Assembly: GCA_037447605.1 (NCBI GenBank)
Contig: CM074804.1
Span: 5,185,909-5,249,908, forward strand
Length of the DNA: 64,000 nt
Reading direction: 5' to 3'
DNA from: Zygnema circumcarinatum SAG 698-1b
Taxonomy: Eukaryota > Plantae > Zygnematophyceae
Made by a program: the position numbers and the translations under genes. The notes beneath the pieces are model-generated. The model made no database searches. It saw only the letters and a program-made list of their open reading frames with translations, and was not told the DNA's origin. Shown here piece by piece: positions 1 through 10,818 of this stretch. Every line of letters starts with the position of its first letter. Position 1 is the stretch's first letter.

Positions 1-482
1 CGCACTCCAACGCTTCGGAGTACGTTTGCGGCTCCCCTTCGTGTGCCATGAGGCAGATCGCCATTCCGCAAAATCGGCGGAGTCAAGGGGAGCTCTCTCT
101 TCAGGCTCCTCTCTCCTTCTCGTCGGCCTCCTCGTTGGTCCTCCTCTACCGAACCATTTCGGTTGATGCCTATCTCTGTAGGGTGGCTTGTCGCCGTAGT
201 TCGGAGTGAACCCCTTTGCATTTGCATACAAGGGTGGATCCATACCGTGGCGTGGAATCCAGGTACGTGGTGCCGGTGCCTCAATTGCTTCTTCCTCTGT
301 GGACTCCTGGTCAAAATCGTCGTCTTCGGGCTCTTCTCCTCCGGGCAGCTCCTCTTGAGGTGTCGGGGAGGGATCATGCGGCGCCTCCGGGCGCTGTGCG
401 AATTCTTCTTGCGACTCCGATGCCGCTGGAAACAAGGGGGCAGTGGTAGGGGGTGAAGTTGACTCACTCCCAAAGATGTCCC

Positions 483-1232
483 TTACTGGAAGGAACTCAA
501 TGTCGGGAGGTGGCTCCACACCTGTTCGCATCTGCTGCTCCCCTTGGAATTCTCGTCGACTTGAAGGTCACGGCTTGACATAACCTTCTGCGTGGAAGGG
601 TTCCAGACCCTGTAGGTCAAGCTGTCGGCGTTGTAGCCGAGGAAGTAGCCGAACTCGCTTCTCGGGCTAAACTTTGTATCTAACTTGACCTTTGGAACCG
701 CTATCCAGCACTTCGAGCCCCAGACTCTTAAGTGCTGAACTGTAGGCTTATTGCCACTCCACATTTCCTCGGGTACTTTCTTCTCATCTTTCAGGGCACT
801 GGAAGGACACCTGTTCCGGATGTAAGCTGCCGTGAGTATTGCTTCTCCCCAAAAATCGAGGGTGAAGGGGGACTCACTCAGCATGGCTCTTGCCATGTCA
901 CCGAGGGTTCGGTTCACCCTCTCAGCCGCGCCGTTGCTTTGCGGGCTGTAGGGAGCGGTGAACTCGTGTCGAATCCCGAGTGACTTGAGGTGAGCAGAGA
1001 ATTGGAGGGACCTGTATTCACCTCCATTGTCCGTTCGGATCCTCTGCACCTTCTCTCCGGTCTGCCTCTCTACCTCTAACTGCCAGGTCCGAAAGGTCTC
1101 AAACGCCTCACTTTTAAACTTCAGCAGTACTACCCATATCTTCCTGGAATAATCATCAAGGAAGGTGATGAAATACCTTGAACCGCCCTTTGACTCGGGA
1201 GTGATCGGTCCGCATAGATCGCTGTGGACCAA
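483..1232 (-). CDS. copia integrase core (rve); pol continues leftward through two apparent 1-nt frameshifts
   Basis: VHSDLCGP...FLDDYSR...RTDNGGEY...PQSNGAAERVNRTL (DDE triad), followed by GYFLGY and SSRD. Confidence 0.93.
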   Translation of the reverse strand: MVHSDLCGPITPESKGGSRYFITFLDDYSRKIWVVLLKFKSEAFETFRTWQLEVERQTGEKVQRIRTDNGGEYRSLQFSAHLKSLGIRHEFTAPYSPQSNGAAERVNRTLGDMARAMLSESPFTLDFWGEAILTAAYIRNRCPSSALKDEKKVPEEMWSGNKPTVQHLRVWGSKCWIAVPKVKLDTKFSPRSEFGYFLGYNADSLTYRVWNPSTQKVMSSRDLQVDENSKGSSRCEQVWSHLPTLSSFQ

Positions 1233-1275
1233 CTCCAGCAGCTTGGACGCGCGATGCTTCTCCGCNNNNNNNNNN

Positions 1276-2667
1276 AGAAGGAAGCCAGTCTAGGAAGTAG
1301 AGTCCATCCCTCTGTGTTCCTCTGCAAAGAACCTTCCTGGTTTTTCTGTGCACTATCTTACAGGACTCCTCCCGGAAGACCCCCTCGTATCCGCCCTTGC
1401 AAATCTGACTAACCGAGAAGAAGTTATTCTTCAGGGTTGGGGTATGAAGCACACTACCAATTCTGAGTTTGGAAGCTGTCCCTTCTCCTGTGGGGGACAG
1501 CTGGACGAACCCACCATGGGTGACGGAGACCTCGTCTCCGGTTGCCGAAGTCACGGCTCGTGACTGGTCAAGCAACGTCATCTCTGTAAAGAGAGACTTA
1601 TCACCACACATATGTTTAGAGGCACCAGAGTCTATGAGCCACGGTGAAAGATTATCTTTATTCATAAAGATTTGATTTACAAATTCCGCTGGCTTGGCAT
1701 CACTTGCCATGTTACTCGCCTCTATCTGAGCCGACCCTGACCCTGGACAGTTCCGGGCCAGATGACCCGGCTTCTGGCACTGAAAACATAACATCTCCTT
1801 GCCTTTCTTCTTGTCACCGTGAGGGACACCGCTGGGTCGTCCTCCACCCTGGGCTGCCTTCTTGGTACGACAATCGGCTTCGAGATGTCCCTTCCGCTTG
1901 CAGTAGTTGCAGAATGTTCCCGGTGCGCCGCCTCTCTTCACGGGGTTTCGTTGTGCGATCACCATGACGTCTTCGGGAGACGACTTCTTTGCTCCCTTTA
2001 TGCCGCTCTCTTCTGCTCTCACTCGCATCTGCACTTCCTCAAGGGTGAGCGAGTTCTTGACGAGCAGCGTTTTCAACGAGTTTATGGTTGGTGCAAAACG
2101 GGCTGGCAGGCCTCTCAGGAAACTGATGATCTGTTGGTCATTGTCAATTGCTTTAGAAATAATGACAAACTTATCCATTAGTTCGCTGAACCTGATGACG
2201 TAGGAAGTCAGTTCCTCCGTCTGTCCCATCTTCATCTGCACCAATTCGTCGTAGAGCTCGAACTTCACGTTCGTGTCGATGGTGTCGTAGATGGCCGTGA
2301 GCTTCTGCCACATCTCGCGTGCAGTTTTGAGCTCTCGGAGCATCTTCGCCGGGTTCCCCTTTACGCTTGAGGCGATGTACATCCTCACTTGGACGTCCTT
2401 CTTCCACCACTCCGTCTTCTCCTGCTCGTCAGGAAGTAGGAGGGTGAAGTCGGCCGGTGGTGAGATCAACCCGTTGACGTACTTCAAGAGGCCCTTGCTC
2501 TGAAGAAGAGTTGTCATCTGCCACCGCCAATCCTTATAGTCAGTTCCCCGAAAGATAGGGATGGTGTGCCGCACATCACCTTCAGCTCTGATACCACTTG
2601 TTGAGATTGAGGGGTCAAAAACTGAGCCCCCTCTGGTCGTGTCTTCTCCCGTGTTGTTCTCGGCCAT
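1276..2667 (-). CDS. copia Gag-protease (gag, two CCHC zinc knuckles, aspartic protease)
   Basis: IPIFRGTDYKDWRWQM gag N-terminus, CNYCKRKGHLEADC, CFQCQKPGHLARNC and WLIDSGASKHM. The ORF is cut by the N gap. Confidence 0.92.
2585..2596 (-). other. primer-binding site for tRNA-iMet
   Basis: Minus strand reads CAACA-AG-TGGTATCAGAGC, the canonical copia PBS 2 nt after the LTR end. Confidence 0.93.
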
Positions 2668-3779
2668 GATGACTACCGTGAGCCAAGCAAGAACTGAGAG
2701 ACAGTGTGTAAGAGAAAAGCCCACCGGCCGAAAACCTCTTCTTTATACAATGAAAGATACAACAGGCGCAGGCAGCAAACTACTCCTGGCTCTGGCTCTA
2801 TCCTACGCTCTCTACTAAGCGTTGCTTGCGGCTGCCCCTGACTACCACACCCTTCCTCAGACAGCTACCTACACTCGGGAAGCACTGCTCCCAGTGCAGT
2901 AGCAGTAGGCATGAGCCTCCCCATAAAGGCTCGGGTGATTCTGGATACTAAGCTTCTCCCCGCGGAGCGGCTTATGTAGCTCGCCGGGCAGTGACCCGGT
3001 CACGGCCGCCTGCATGCACAGGCTGTACAGACCCCTACGTGGGCTCGTGTCCGCCATGGCATTCTCAGTGCGCCTTAGTGCGCCTCTGTGCAGAGGTCTC
3101 TGCACAGGGTGGCATGGCTCAGTGGGAGGGGAGCACACTCAGAGTGAGTGCGCTCTGACGCCGCCGCCTTCGCGCGAGTTTTCGAAACGCGGCTTTCTCG
3201 GTGTGCGCGAAACTTTCCGCGCGCCTAACTGAAACTCGTCCTAAGTTTCAGTTCCGAGTCGCGCGCGAATATTTGTCACGTCGCGCCTCCGTTCACATTC
3301 CGATCTCCGCGCTCCTTAGTCGCGTCGCGCTCCGCCGTCGTCCGTACGCCCGAACATTTCGTTTCGGTTCGTCACGTCACGGTACCATGATTTAACCTCG
3401 GACTTTTCGCGTCCGCGCCCGCGCGACCATCCTTGTCGCTTGGCGTCCGCGCCTAAGTCCCAGGTCCTTCATGTCCTAGAGAGTCTATGTCCCAAACAGT
3501 TGTACGGCCTCTAGCGCTGTACAACAGACGCGACGTGACATGTGTGTCACGTCACGGACGCCATATTATATAGTGCGTAGTTTTATCATGGGAAGTAACC
3601 CACCTACACTACTCTGTCATAGTCTCGGGTCTTACTCAGAACCTGCTCGTGCTGCTAGGCTGCCTACACTTGTGTCGTGAGGTAGTGAGTAAGAGGGACC
3701 TTGAAGTGGTGGGAGAACTTCATTGTGGGAAGACAGTTTTATTATAAGGAGTTTTAGAGCCGTGAGCTTTCTCCTAACA
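2599..3779 (-). repeat. putative 5' LTR (about 1181 bp)
   Basis: Minus strand begins TGTTAGGA at 3779 and ends TCTCAACA at 2599, with TATAAA at 2742-2747. The 3' end is fixed by the PBS. The 5' end is inferred because the second LTR is outside the window. Confidence 0.7.
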
Positions 3780-3864
3780 CTCTCTCATTGTGATTTCCGC
3801 TGTGCTTGTCTTGTAGCTTCATTCTGTTGTTATGGGCGATGAGTGAAGTAAGATAGAGCTTTGA

Positions 3865-4540
3865 GTGTTTGAATGTCTTCATCCGTGGGAACTCAAGTTC
3901 CAATGGAGGGCGACACCCGAGGTGGCGCCGGAAGTGGGGAGCAGACCCCTGCTTCAACAGCCTCTCCCCCGGGTTCCTTGTGATCATTGTGGAAATTGTT
4001 TTGGTCAGGGTGCGGGTTTGTCCCGGCATATGCGCGCGTGTCCTCTTCGTCCTCCTCCCATTGTCGACCCTTCTTCTACTCCCTCTTCTTCTCTACCCGT
4101 CACTGCCACCCCTGGGTCTACTTTGCATGTTGGGCCTAGTCCGGCTGCTTGNNNNNNNNNNTGTCCTTGGGTCGTTTTTTGTTGGGTCCCGTCGTCCTCG
4201 TCTTTACGCTCGTATCCCACGGGCTTTGCGTGTTTGTGTTCGTGATGCTTTGCGTTTGCCTCTTGCTCGTCTTGCGTGTGATCCATCAGATGTTGCTGCT
4301 TGGCATGTCCTTCTTCTTTTCCCCCTTTGGGTTTTAATTTTGCCCCCTCGTGGTGGGGCCAGCGCCGTTCGCGAGACCCGTCGGCGATGTCTTCGTTTTT
4401 TGGGTGGGGATTGGGAGCTTTTGCAGGCCGAGCACGCNNNNNNNNNNCGTGCTGCAGTTGTTGGTGACCGTGTTGGTGGACTTCCGCCGCTCCCTCCTCG
4501 CGACGTGCCTCACATCGGTCACCTTCGCGGCTGCTTCTAA
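3865..4540 (+). mobile_element. non-LTR retrotransposon fragments (CRE/R2-superfamily-like), interrupted by two N gaps
   Basis: N-terminal zinc finger CDHCGNCFGQGAGLSRHMRAC, and WHVLLLFPLWVLILPPRGG...RRRCLRFLGGDWELL resembling the pre-RT region of CRE-type elements. RT and endonuclease are not visible (gap 4438-4447). Confidence 0.7.
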
Positions 4541-4599
4541 GGCTGCGTTGTTGTGCCTAGGCGTAGTTTTCCGCTCCTAGCTTCGTTTTATTGTGTTTC

Positions 4600-4683
4600 G
4601 GTCCTTTGTGACCAGTCCTTCGTGGTTCCACATTTTGCCTTTATCCATGTAAATTTGATGGCCTCGCCATCGCGAGTTCAATG
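4600..4683 (+). repeat. dispersed repeat R2, copy 1 (others at 25932-26028, 58252-58330, partial 57533-57555)
   Basis: ggtcctttgYgaccagtccYtcgtggttcc...tccatgtaMatttgatggcctcgccatcgYgagWtcaatg is shared with the 25932 copy; the 58252 copy is more degenerate. Confidence 0.8.
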
Positions 4684-5171
4684 AAAGTTTGCGTCGTTTT
4701 GAACGGAGATAACTTATTCGATCGTGCTAATTGTACAGCCAAAGGCCCAACATGATCGGGCATGGCATGCACTGTCTACTTAGCATCAAGAAGATTTTAA
4801 GGGCCAGCAATTCATATGTCTACTGCCACAACATGAAATGTCGCGCATGGCCAGAGGGTTAGGCGCCCCTGGTCGGCCCACGTGCCCACGTGCCCACGTG
4901 CAACGCCCGCCTTCCCTAGGTTTCTGGTTTTCCCCCACAAACTCTTGTGCACCCACCCGTACGGCCAACATATGACAGCGAGCACGCGCCACTACTGCTG
5001 CTGGTTTTCCTTCGCACTTACAGTATTTCTATTTCTATCGATACAGTGGTTGACCTAGAGGGCGTGGCGTCGGTCTCCGCCTGTCGTGTCCTCTCACGGC
5101 ACTGCAGGCTTGTCTGGATGGTGGAAGCGCAGGGCGAGCAGTAGGAGAGGCGACGGGGCAAGCAAGGATTT

Positions 5172-5179
5172 TAGGGTTT
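5172..5179 (-). promoter_or_regulatory. telo-box (AAACCCTA) upstream of the methyltransferase ATG
   Basis: Exact TAGGGTTT on the + strand, 76 nt before the ATG. Function is inferred from known plant telo-boxes. Confidence 0.35.
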
Positions 5180-5254
5180 GTGCGATCCCTGCAGGGCGCC
5201 ATGAAGTAAGCTGTCCTTGGCCCGCATCGAGATCAGAAAAAGACATCGGTGACA

Positions 5255-6439
5255 ATGCATCCATATTCCACGTATACTACCAACCCCAGGAGGAGAGTAA
5301 GCCTGGGGCTGAGCAACAATCAGAGCATAGCCCTAGTGCTAGTTGCGCTTGCGTATTCCGCAGTGGGGATTGACTATGCTCGAAGGATGATATCTGCTTC
5401 TGTGATGTGCTCTGCAAAGCAGAGTCAACGTGTTTTGCTGGAGACCGAAATAAGGAGGTGCGTAGCCTCGGTTGAGGGGAGCGCAGGGGCAGGTGGCAAA
5501 GCATTCATGGCAAAAGCGAAGTTCACTATGAAAAGATTGCTTAGTAGTTCGGAAGCTGAAGCTGCATCGGAAAGACTTCCAGGCCTTGGCGATTGCACGA
5601 GTGTAGAGGAATTCAAAGAATTTATGAAATATGTGCCTCATGAAACGTGTCCGGATGATTGGCCAACGGCGCAGAAAATGCTGTTAAACGAAGCATGTCA
5701 CAGCTTTGGAATTCCGAGAAGAAATTGTTTCACGGTTGTTCCAGAAAAGTTTGTAGAGTTACCACGTGGCCGGGAGGATTTTCGTTGGAATATTCCCGAT
5801 GATCGAAACATTGAGTGGAATCATTACGATTGCAAAAGCTTTGCTTGCCTCAACAATCGGACTAGTGGCGATTGCAGGGAGTGCTTTCAGATGCAAAATG
5901 AAGCCAGGCGGTGGATCTTTGAAAGGCAGGGAAAACTTGATTTGAAGTCAGTTCTTGCACTGAAGCCAGGAAGCATTAGAATCGCCTTAGATGTAGGAGG
6001 GGGTTCAGGATCTTTTGCAGCGAGATTGGTGGAGCACAATATCACTGTGCTGACAACGGGAATCAACTCAGGAGCTCCATTTTTAGAGACTATGGCCCAG
6101 CGAGGTGTTTTGGGTCTGCACTTGTCACATACAGCTAGACTACCGATGTTTGATCATACCTTAGATATGATTCATACAATGCATAGCGTGCAGTATTTGC
6201 CACCAGAGAAGCTTCGATTAATGTTATTTGATTGGGATAGAGTGCTTCGGCCAGGAGGGCTTATTTGGATGGAGTTTCTTTACATGGAAGCAAGTGTTAT
6301 GCCCAAGTACGAAGCCACCTTACGACAGTTCAGATACAAGGAGCATGAGTGGTACATGGAGAAATTTGAGGAAAATGGTGGTACCAGGAAAATGAAGAGG
6401 CTAAGTGTTGTTCTGGAGAAGCCCAAACATAAAGCCTGA
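5255..6439 (+). CDS. SAM-dependent methyltransferase, At1g29790-like type II membrane protein (single coding exon)
   Basis: N-terminal hydrophobic anchor, IRIALDVGGGSGSFAARL (motif I), RLPMFDHTLDMIH and FDWDRVLRPGG. First ATG at 5255. Confidence 0.9.
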   Translation: MHPYSTYTTNPRRRVSLGLSNNQSIALVLVALAYSAVGIDYARRMISASVMCSAKQSQRVLLETEIRRCVASVEGSAGAGGKAFMAKAKFTMKRLLSSSEAEAASERLPGLGDCTSVEEFKEFMKYVPHETCPDDWPTAQKMLLNEACHSFGIPRRNCFTVVPEKFVELPRGREDFRWNIPDDRNIEWNHYDCKSFACLNNRTSGDCRECFQMQNEARRWIFERQGKLDLKSVLALKPGSIRIALDVGGGSGSFAARLVEHNITVLTTGINSGAPFLETMAQRGVLGLHLSHTARLPMFDHTLDMIHTMHSVQYLPPEKLRLMLFDWDRVLRPGGLIWMEFLYMEASVMPKYEATLRQFRYKEHEWYMEKFEENGGTRKMKRLSVVLEKPKHKA

Positions 6440-7592
6440 AAATACGGCATGTACGTGGACCTCCATGTGATATAAAAATCTAATATTTTTTTTTGAAACT
6501 GATGAATTGATTGTGTGCTTGTTATTGCACAATGATGACTTATTGCCATGTTGTGTGTGATAACACCATGCAACCTGTTGCAGGATGTAGCACCTGAACT
6601 GGCCCCGCATGGATCACCTGTATTGCTGGGAAGATCAGCTGTCGATGTTCATCTCCAGTGTTGATATAAGTCTAAGCAAAAATCGCATGATGTTTCTGGA
6701 GGCATCCATTTGATTGACCTCGTGGACTTTTCTTCTTCTTTCTTGCAATTGAGTATTAATTACTCGCACGCTCCTCCTTCACTCAATCCTCTCCTTTCTC
6801 AAACACCATTTCCCTCCTCCAATACCGCTTCGTCGTTTCCTGACCCCGCATCACTTCCACCTAAAACCTCGTCACTACTGTCACCGACATACTACCAACT
6901 TCAATTTGTCATCCACTTTTTTTTCTCTTTTGAACTCCTTCAGCCAAAAGCGTCATCACTCACAATATACGGCGTTGCAGCGAAAGGCAGCAGCACTTCC
7001 CTTATACACCAGGCATCGAACCGTGTAAACTGACTTTTTTTTCGCCTCACAAATAGCTGACATTTCCTTGTGAGTGGATTGCCGCTTCAAAGCAGCGACA
7101 AGTGTAGCAGAAGTATTTCAAATACATCCAGAACATTCAGTTGATTTTTCGCATCAAGTCGAGCCTGTGCCTTGGACCTAAGGAATGCACGCAATGCTAT
7201 AAGAATGAGCAGATCAAATAACGGAGCCATTCGAGACGGACACTCCACAGGCCTTCAATAAATTACTTTCAAAGATGGAGCCATGCTTCTGCGACTTTTT
7301 CCTCATTCTGCCTCAATTGCGGCTGTCTGTGTACCCTGAGAGTTCCATGGCAAAAAAAGATGGACAAGACTAGATCGGACTGCGTCGCATTTGACAAAAA
7401 ATGGCTGGATGTACACACTACTTGTCTCACCGCTGCAACGAGTTACAAACCTTCAGCTGAAGCCTGAGGCTTGGGCTGCGGTAGCCTAACCTACTGATAA
7501 CCATTCCTCGAAAGACTATGCCTGACATCCTGCAAAACATCTCACGACGGACAATTGGAGTCCTGGCCTTCACAATCAGCCACTTTTCAGCC

Positions 7593-9106
7593 TTACAAGA
7601 GCTTCTTTCGTTCAAAGTACGTCTTCAAGTGCCACAGTTGCAGGGCCGCAAGCCCCACGCAGACAAACAAAGAGAGAATACTTAAGTTAGCGACTCTTGA
7701 GTTCGCCACTTCGTTCAGGTTTCGCATCTCCGCCTCCCTGGCCCAAGACAATACATTTGAACAGAGGCCCAGTCAGGCTAGCTTGATCTCCCTATTCCTA
7801 AACTTATACAGAGTCCGAAAGCTCACAAAATACGAATCTTGCCTGAATATCAGAGAGACAGAACTTGTGAAGTGTTGGACGGTGCCAAAGATGGAGAATG
7901 ACAGTAAATTAGATATGTCTACAACAATCTGGTCTAGTGATATAAACTTCAGGAGTGAAAACATTTCGGTGCAGACACCAGCGGAGCCAACCATACCTTT
8001 CTTGACCATTTTCCCGCCCATTTCAATGTACAGGATGATACGAAGCACATCAATGTTGAGACTTCAGCTAGTTTCGAGGCCGATCACATACCCTAGCATT
8101 GACTAAATGACCGACAGGGACAGTGATACCTGCCTCACCTATTCCTGAAGTACATCATCTCTTCCCTGACGGAAGTCACTGCTTCTTCAAGCTTCCGCAA
8201 CTCCAGCCCCATTCCCTGCACCCAAATTACACTGGCTACATTTGAAGGCAGTTCAAACCGACGAACGAATAGGCCATGTGGTGCATGCAAAGATTTGACC
8301 AAAAAAATGGTGGTTGTTATCTAGTTCAGAAAGAGAAGGGGCTTACGTCCAGCTTATCCTTTTTGGCAATCGATGCCCAATCCTTGGCTGCGACACCCAT
8401 CTTCCAGTCCAGCTCCACTGTCACAGACTGTACCCCAGGCGTAGCATGGGGGATCCAGAAACATGCCATGTACTGTCCTGACTCTTTTGTCGTGAAACCG
8501 AACTGCCCTTTATCCACACTGTCTTGCCAATGCATCTGCTGGCCGTAAGGAGAGGTGACCTGCAAATTTCCAAAATAGCGTCCCTTCCTTTGTGTAAGGG
8601 CATGTCCAGCATAAAATGCTCAAAAAGGGAGGATAATGGCAGTGCTGTAAGCTTCTATGAGTGCAGATACACGGCTTAAGAAAACATCGACGCCGCACAA
8701 GCAGCCCCAGATTTGGATTCCGTCAAGATGAAGACAAACGTTTAATCACGTACGAAGTGTGGAACTTCCTCTCTCCGTTCTTCGACTTGCCAGGCCTTAT
8801 ACTCCACATCACAAGATCAATGATGTAAACTTTATGGCCACGTGGGACCGGCATTTGTTATGACAGAACCTGAATCTATACTTTCTGATTGTCCTTGAGA
8901 CTCACCTTCACTGCTATTTTGGTCTGAGGAGGCTCCCCTCCATTAACGACAGAGTAGTCACCAACTACTAGCACACCCTGCTGGATTTCTTCCCCGATGC
9001 ACTTGCTGTAAGCGTTAACTTCAAAGCGCACGGCATGGCAAGGGACGAGAGCAAGAGCGAGAAGTAACACAACAGCTAGGGAATACGTCGCAGAAGAAGA
9101 CTCCAT
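7593..9106 (-). CDS. p24/emp24 delta-subfamily (TMED10-like) cargo receptor, 211 aa
   Basis: Exons 9106-8906, 8559-8347, 8215-8139, 7737-7593, all GT-AG and phase-consistent. Signal peptide, GOLD domain, LDWKMGVAAKDW, TM helix and C-terminal ERKKLL. Confidence 0.95.
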
Positions 9107-10818
9107 GTTGCACCGCCAAACTCGCGAACGAGTCGGGAATGCCGCTGCGCAACCTGTCAAGCCTTTGATCCCACCACCAGTAGAACTCTGAAAAGGCTTC
9201 CACCTCCGCTTCCCTCCTGTGCGCTCCAGCAACAGAATCGCCCACGATCCCTGTACAGCGCACACTCCCCACCTCCCGACACTGTTCTTTCACTCAAGCA
9301 AAGCCCCGCTACCGCTGCGGTGCCCTCCCCGGAGTCTCCTCTTCTCGCAGCTCTACGCGCTTTCGCAAGGGTTAGGTTTAGGGCCCGGCCGCATGGATGC
9401 GTGCGTGCGTTCGTGCGCCGCAGGGCAGTTCCAGTCGCGGCGGGCGGAGTCGCTCCTCCCGCGGCCGATGATGCTTGCGTGCGGCGAGGTCGGCCTCCAG
9501 CGCGCAACATGGAGGGGGCACGAGCACACCCCCCGCCATTCACCAACCCTCCCGTGCAAGCAACATTGTTCAGTGTTGCATGTGATGAGTTGAAAGGGCT
9601 ACGCAAACCGTGGAATGTAAGTGGAGTTTGAATGGCACTCAAAGCTGACACAGGAAGGTGCTTTGTTGTCTCATCGAAGCGCAAACTTGCAACATGCGCA
9701 TGTAGGCTAGAAACATTGGACCGCTCATCTGCTCAACAGCTACCTTTCAGTAAGTGTTCGATGGGCAACCAACATTTGTCGTTTACGGCTGACAAGACCG
9801 TACAGCAGTAGTTCATGCAAAGAAAATTTAACGAAGTCCATCATGACATGACAATGAGCCTAGAACCTAACTATGCCAATACAGACATCCTTCATTTCTG
9901 GCATGCATTCCGTTGAGTTCATGCCAAGTGGTTGAAGCCTAGCCATAGTGCTGGCAAAAACCGTGATTTAGGAATTCCTGACTTCCTAAACAAAAAGTTA
10001 CGGTATTGCCATCACCTAATCAGTAAAGAGAAATTTTTGCCATCGTCTACGACTCAAACCTAAGCACTTGCTGGTTGTGTTCGTGACATCTTCGTTATGT
10101 ACAATATAACGAATTGTACTGTCATGACATCACACCTTCCATAGTTGTGTGGCATGTCTGAGGCTGCAGTCGAATGTGACTAAAACATGACTAGATCTGT
10201 GACTAACAAGCGGCAAGTCAGTAATAGGAGTGAGTGCAGTTTTCTGGCCAGCAGGCCTTATACCTTGGAGCTTGTTCTCCTATTCAATGCCGTACAATGC
10301 CCGCCCCATGCCTTACTGACCGTACCAGTCCCTCCCCCCCTCCCTCCCTACCTCCGTATCACACGTGCGAGTGGGGCCGCAGGCAGCGCTACGCCAGCCG
10401 CCTGCTATCCGCCGTGGCCCTCTCCCGGCAGCGTGCGCCACGCTCCGCAGCGCGCTCCCATTGGCCGCCTGCCCCCGACCGACCCCTGCGCCCCGCGTAC
10501 CCCATTTGCGCCCCCTCCCTTTATCCCAAAGCCCCGAACGGCCCGCGTCGCTGCCGCCGCCACGTCACTCCCCGCCCGCCGCTATGACGTGGCCCGTACT
10601 CGCTTGTCCTCCAATGGGGACACGACACCTGGAAAAAGGCGCGTCCGCCATTGGACGGCGCGCGAGCCTCGCTGGCCCGCAGAGCAGCTCCGCGCCCGCC
10701 CGCCCCCACCTCTGCAGTGGCCCTCTCAGCTCCGACTGGCGGGCAAAGGGGAGTGTCCCAGGGGAGGAGATAAGCTGCCGCAGGAGGCCTGCTGGGGAAG
10801 GGAGGCGAGGGGAGCTGC

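Larger units (their letters stand above)
1..3779 (-). mobile_element. Ty1/copia LTR retrotransposon, 5' part (LTR-PBS-gag-PR-INT; RT lies beyond the left edge)
   Basis: PR-before-INT order, tRNA-iMet PBS and LTR termini. The pre-RT linker 'EPQTYSEALEC' is at 1-60, and there is a 10-N gap at 1266-1275. Confidence 0.95.

Noticed and set aside
2585-2596. tRNA gene
   Set aside because: It is only the 12-nt PBS, with no cloverleaf. No tRNA or rRNA was recognised in the window.
5255-6439. Intronless methyltransferase as a retrogene made by neighbouring retroelements
   Set aside because: No poly(A) or TSD is visible, and this family is often intron-poor.
6710-7033. 107-aa Ser/Pro-rich ORF and a purine-rich antisense stretch
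   Set aside because: No recognisable motif; it lies between converging 3' ends and has stops in the coding-like frame.
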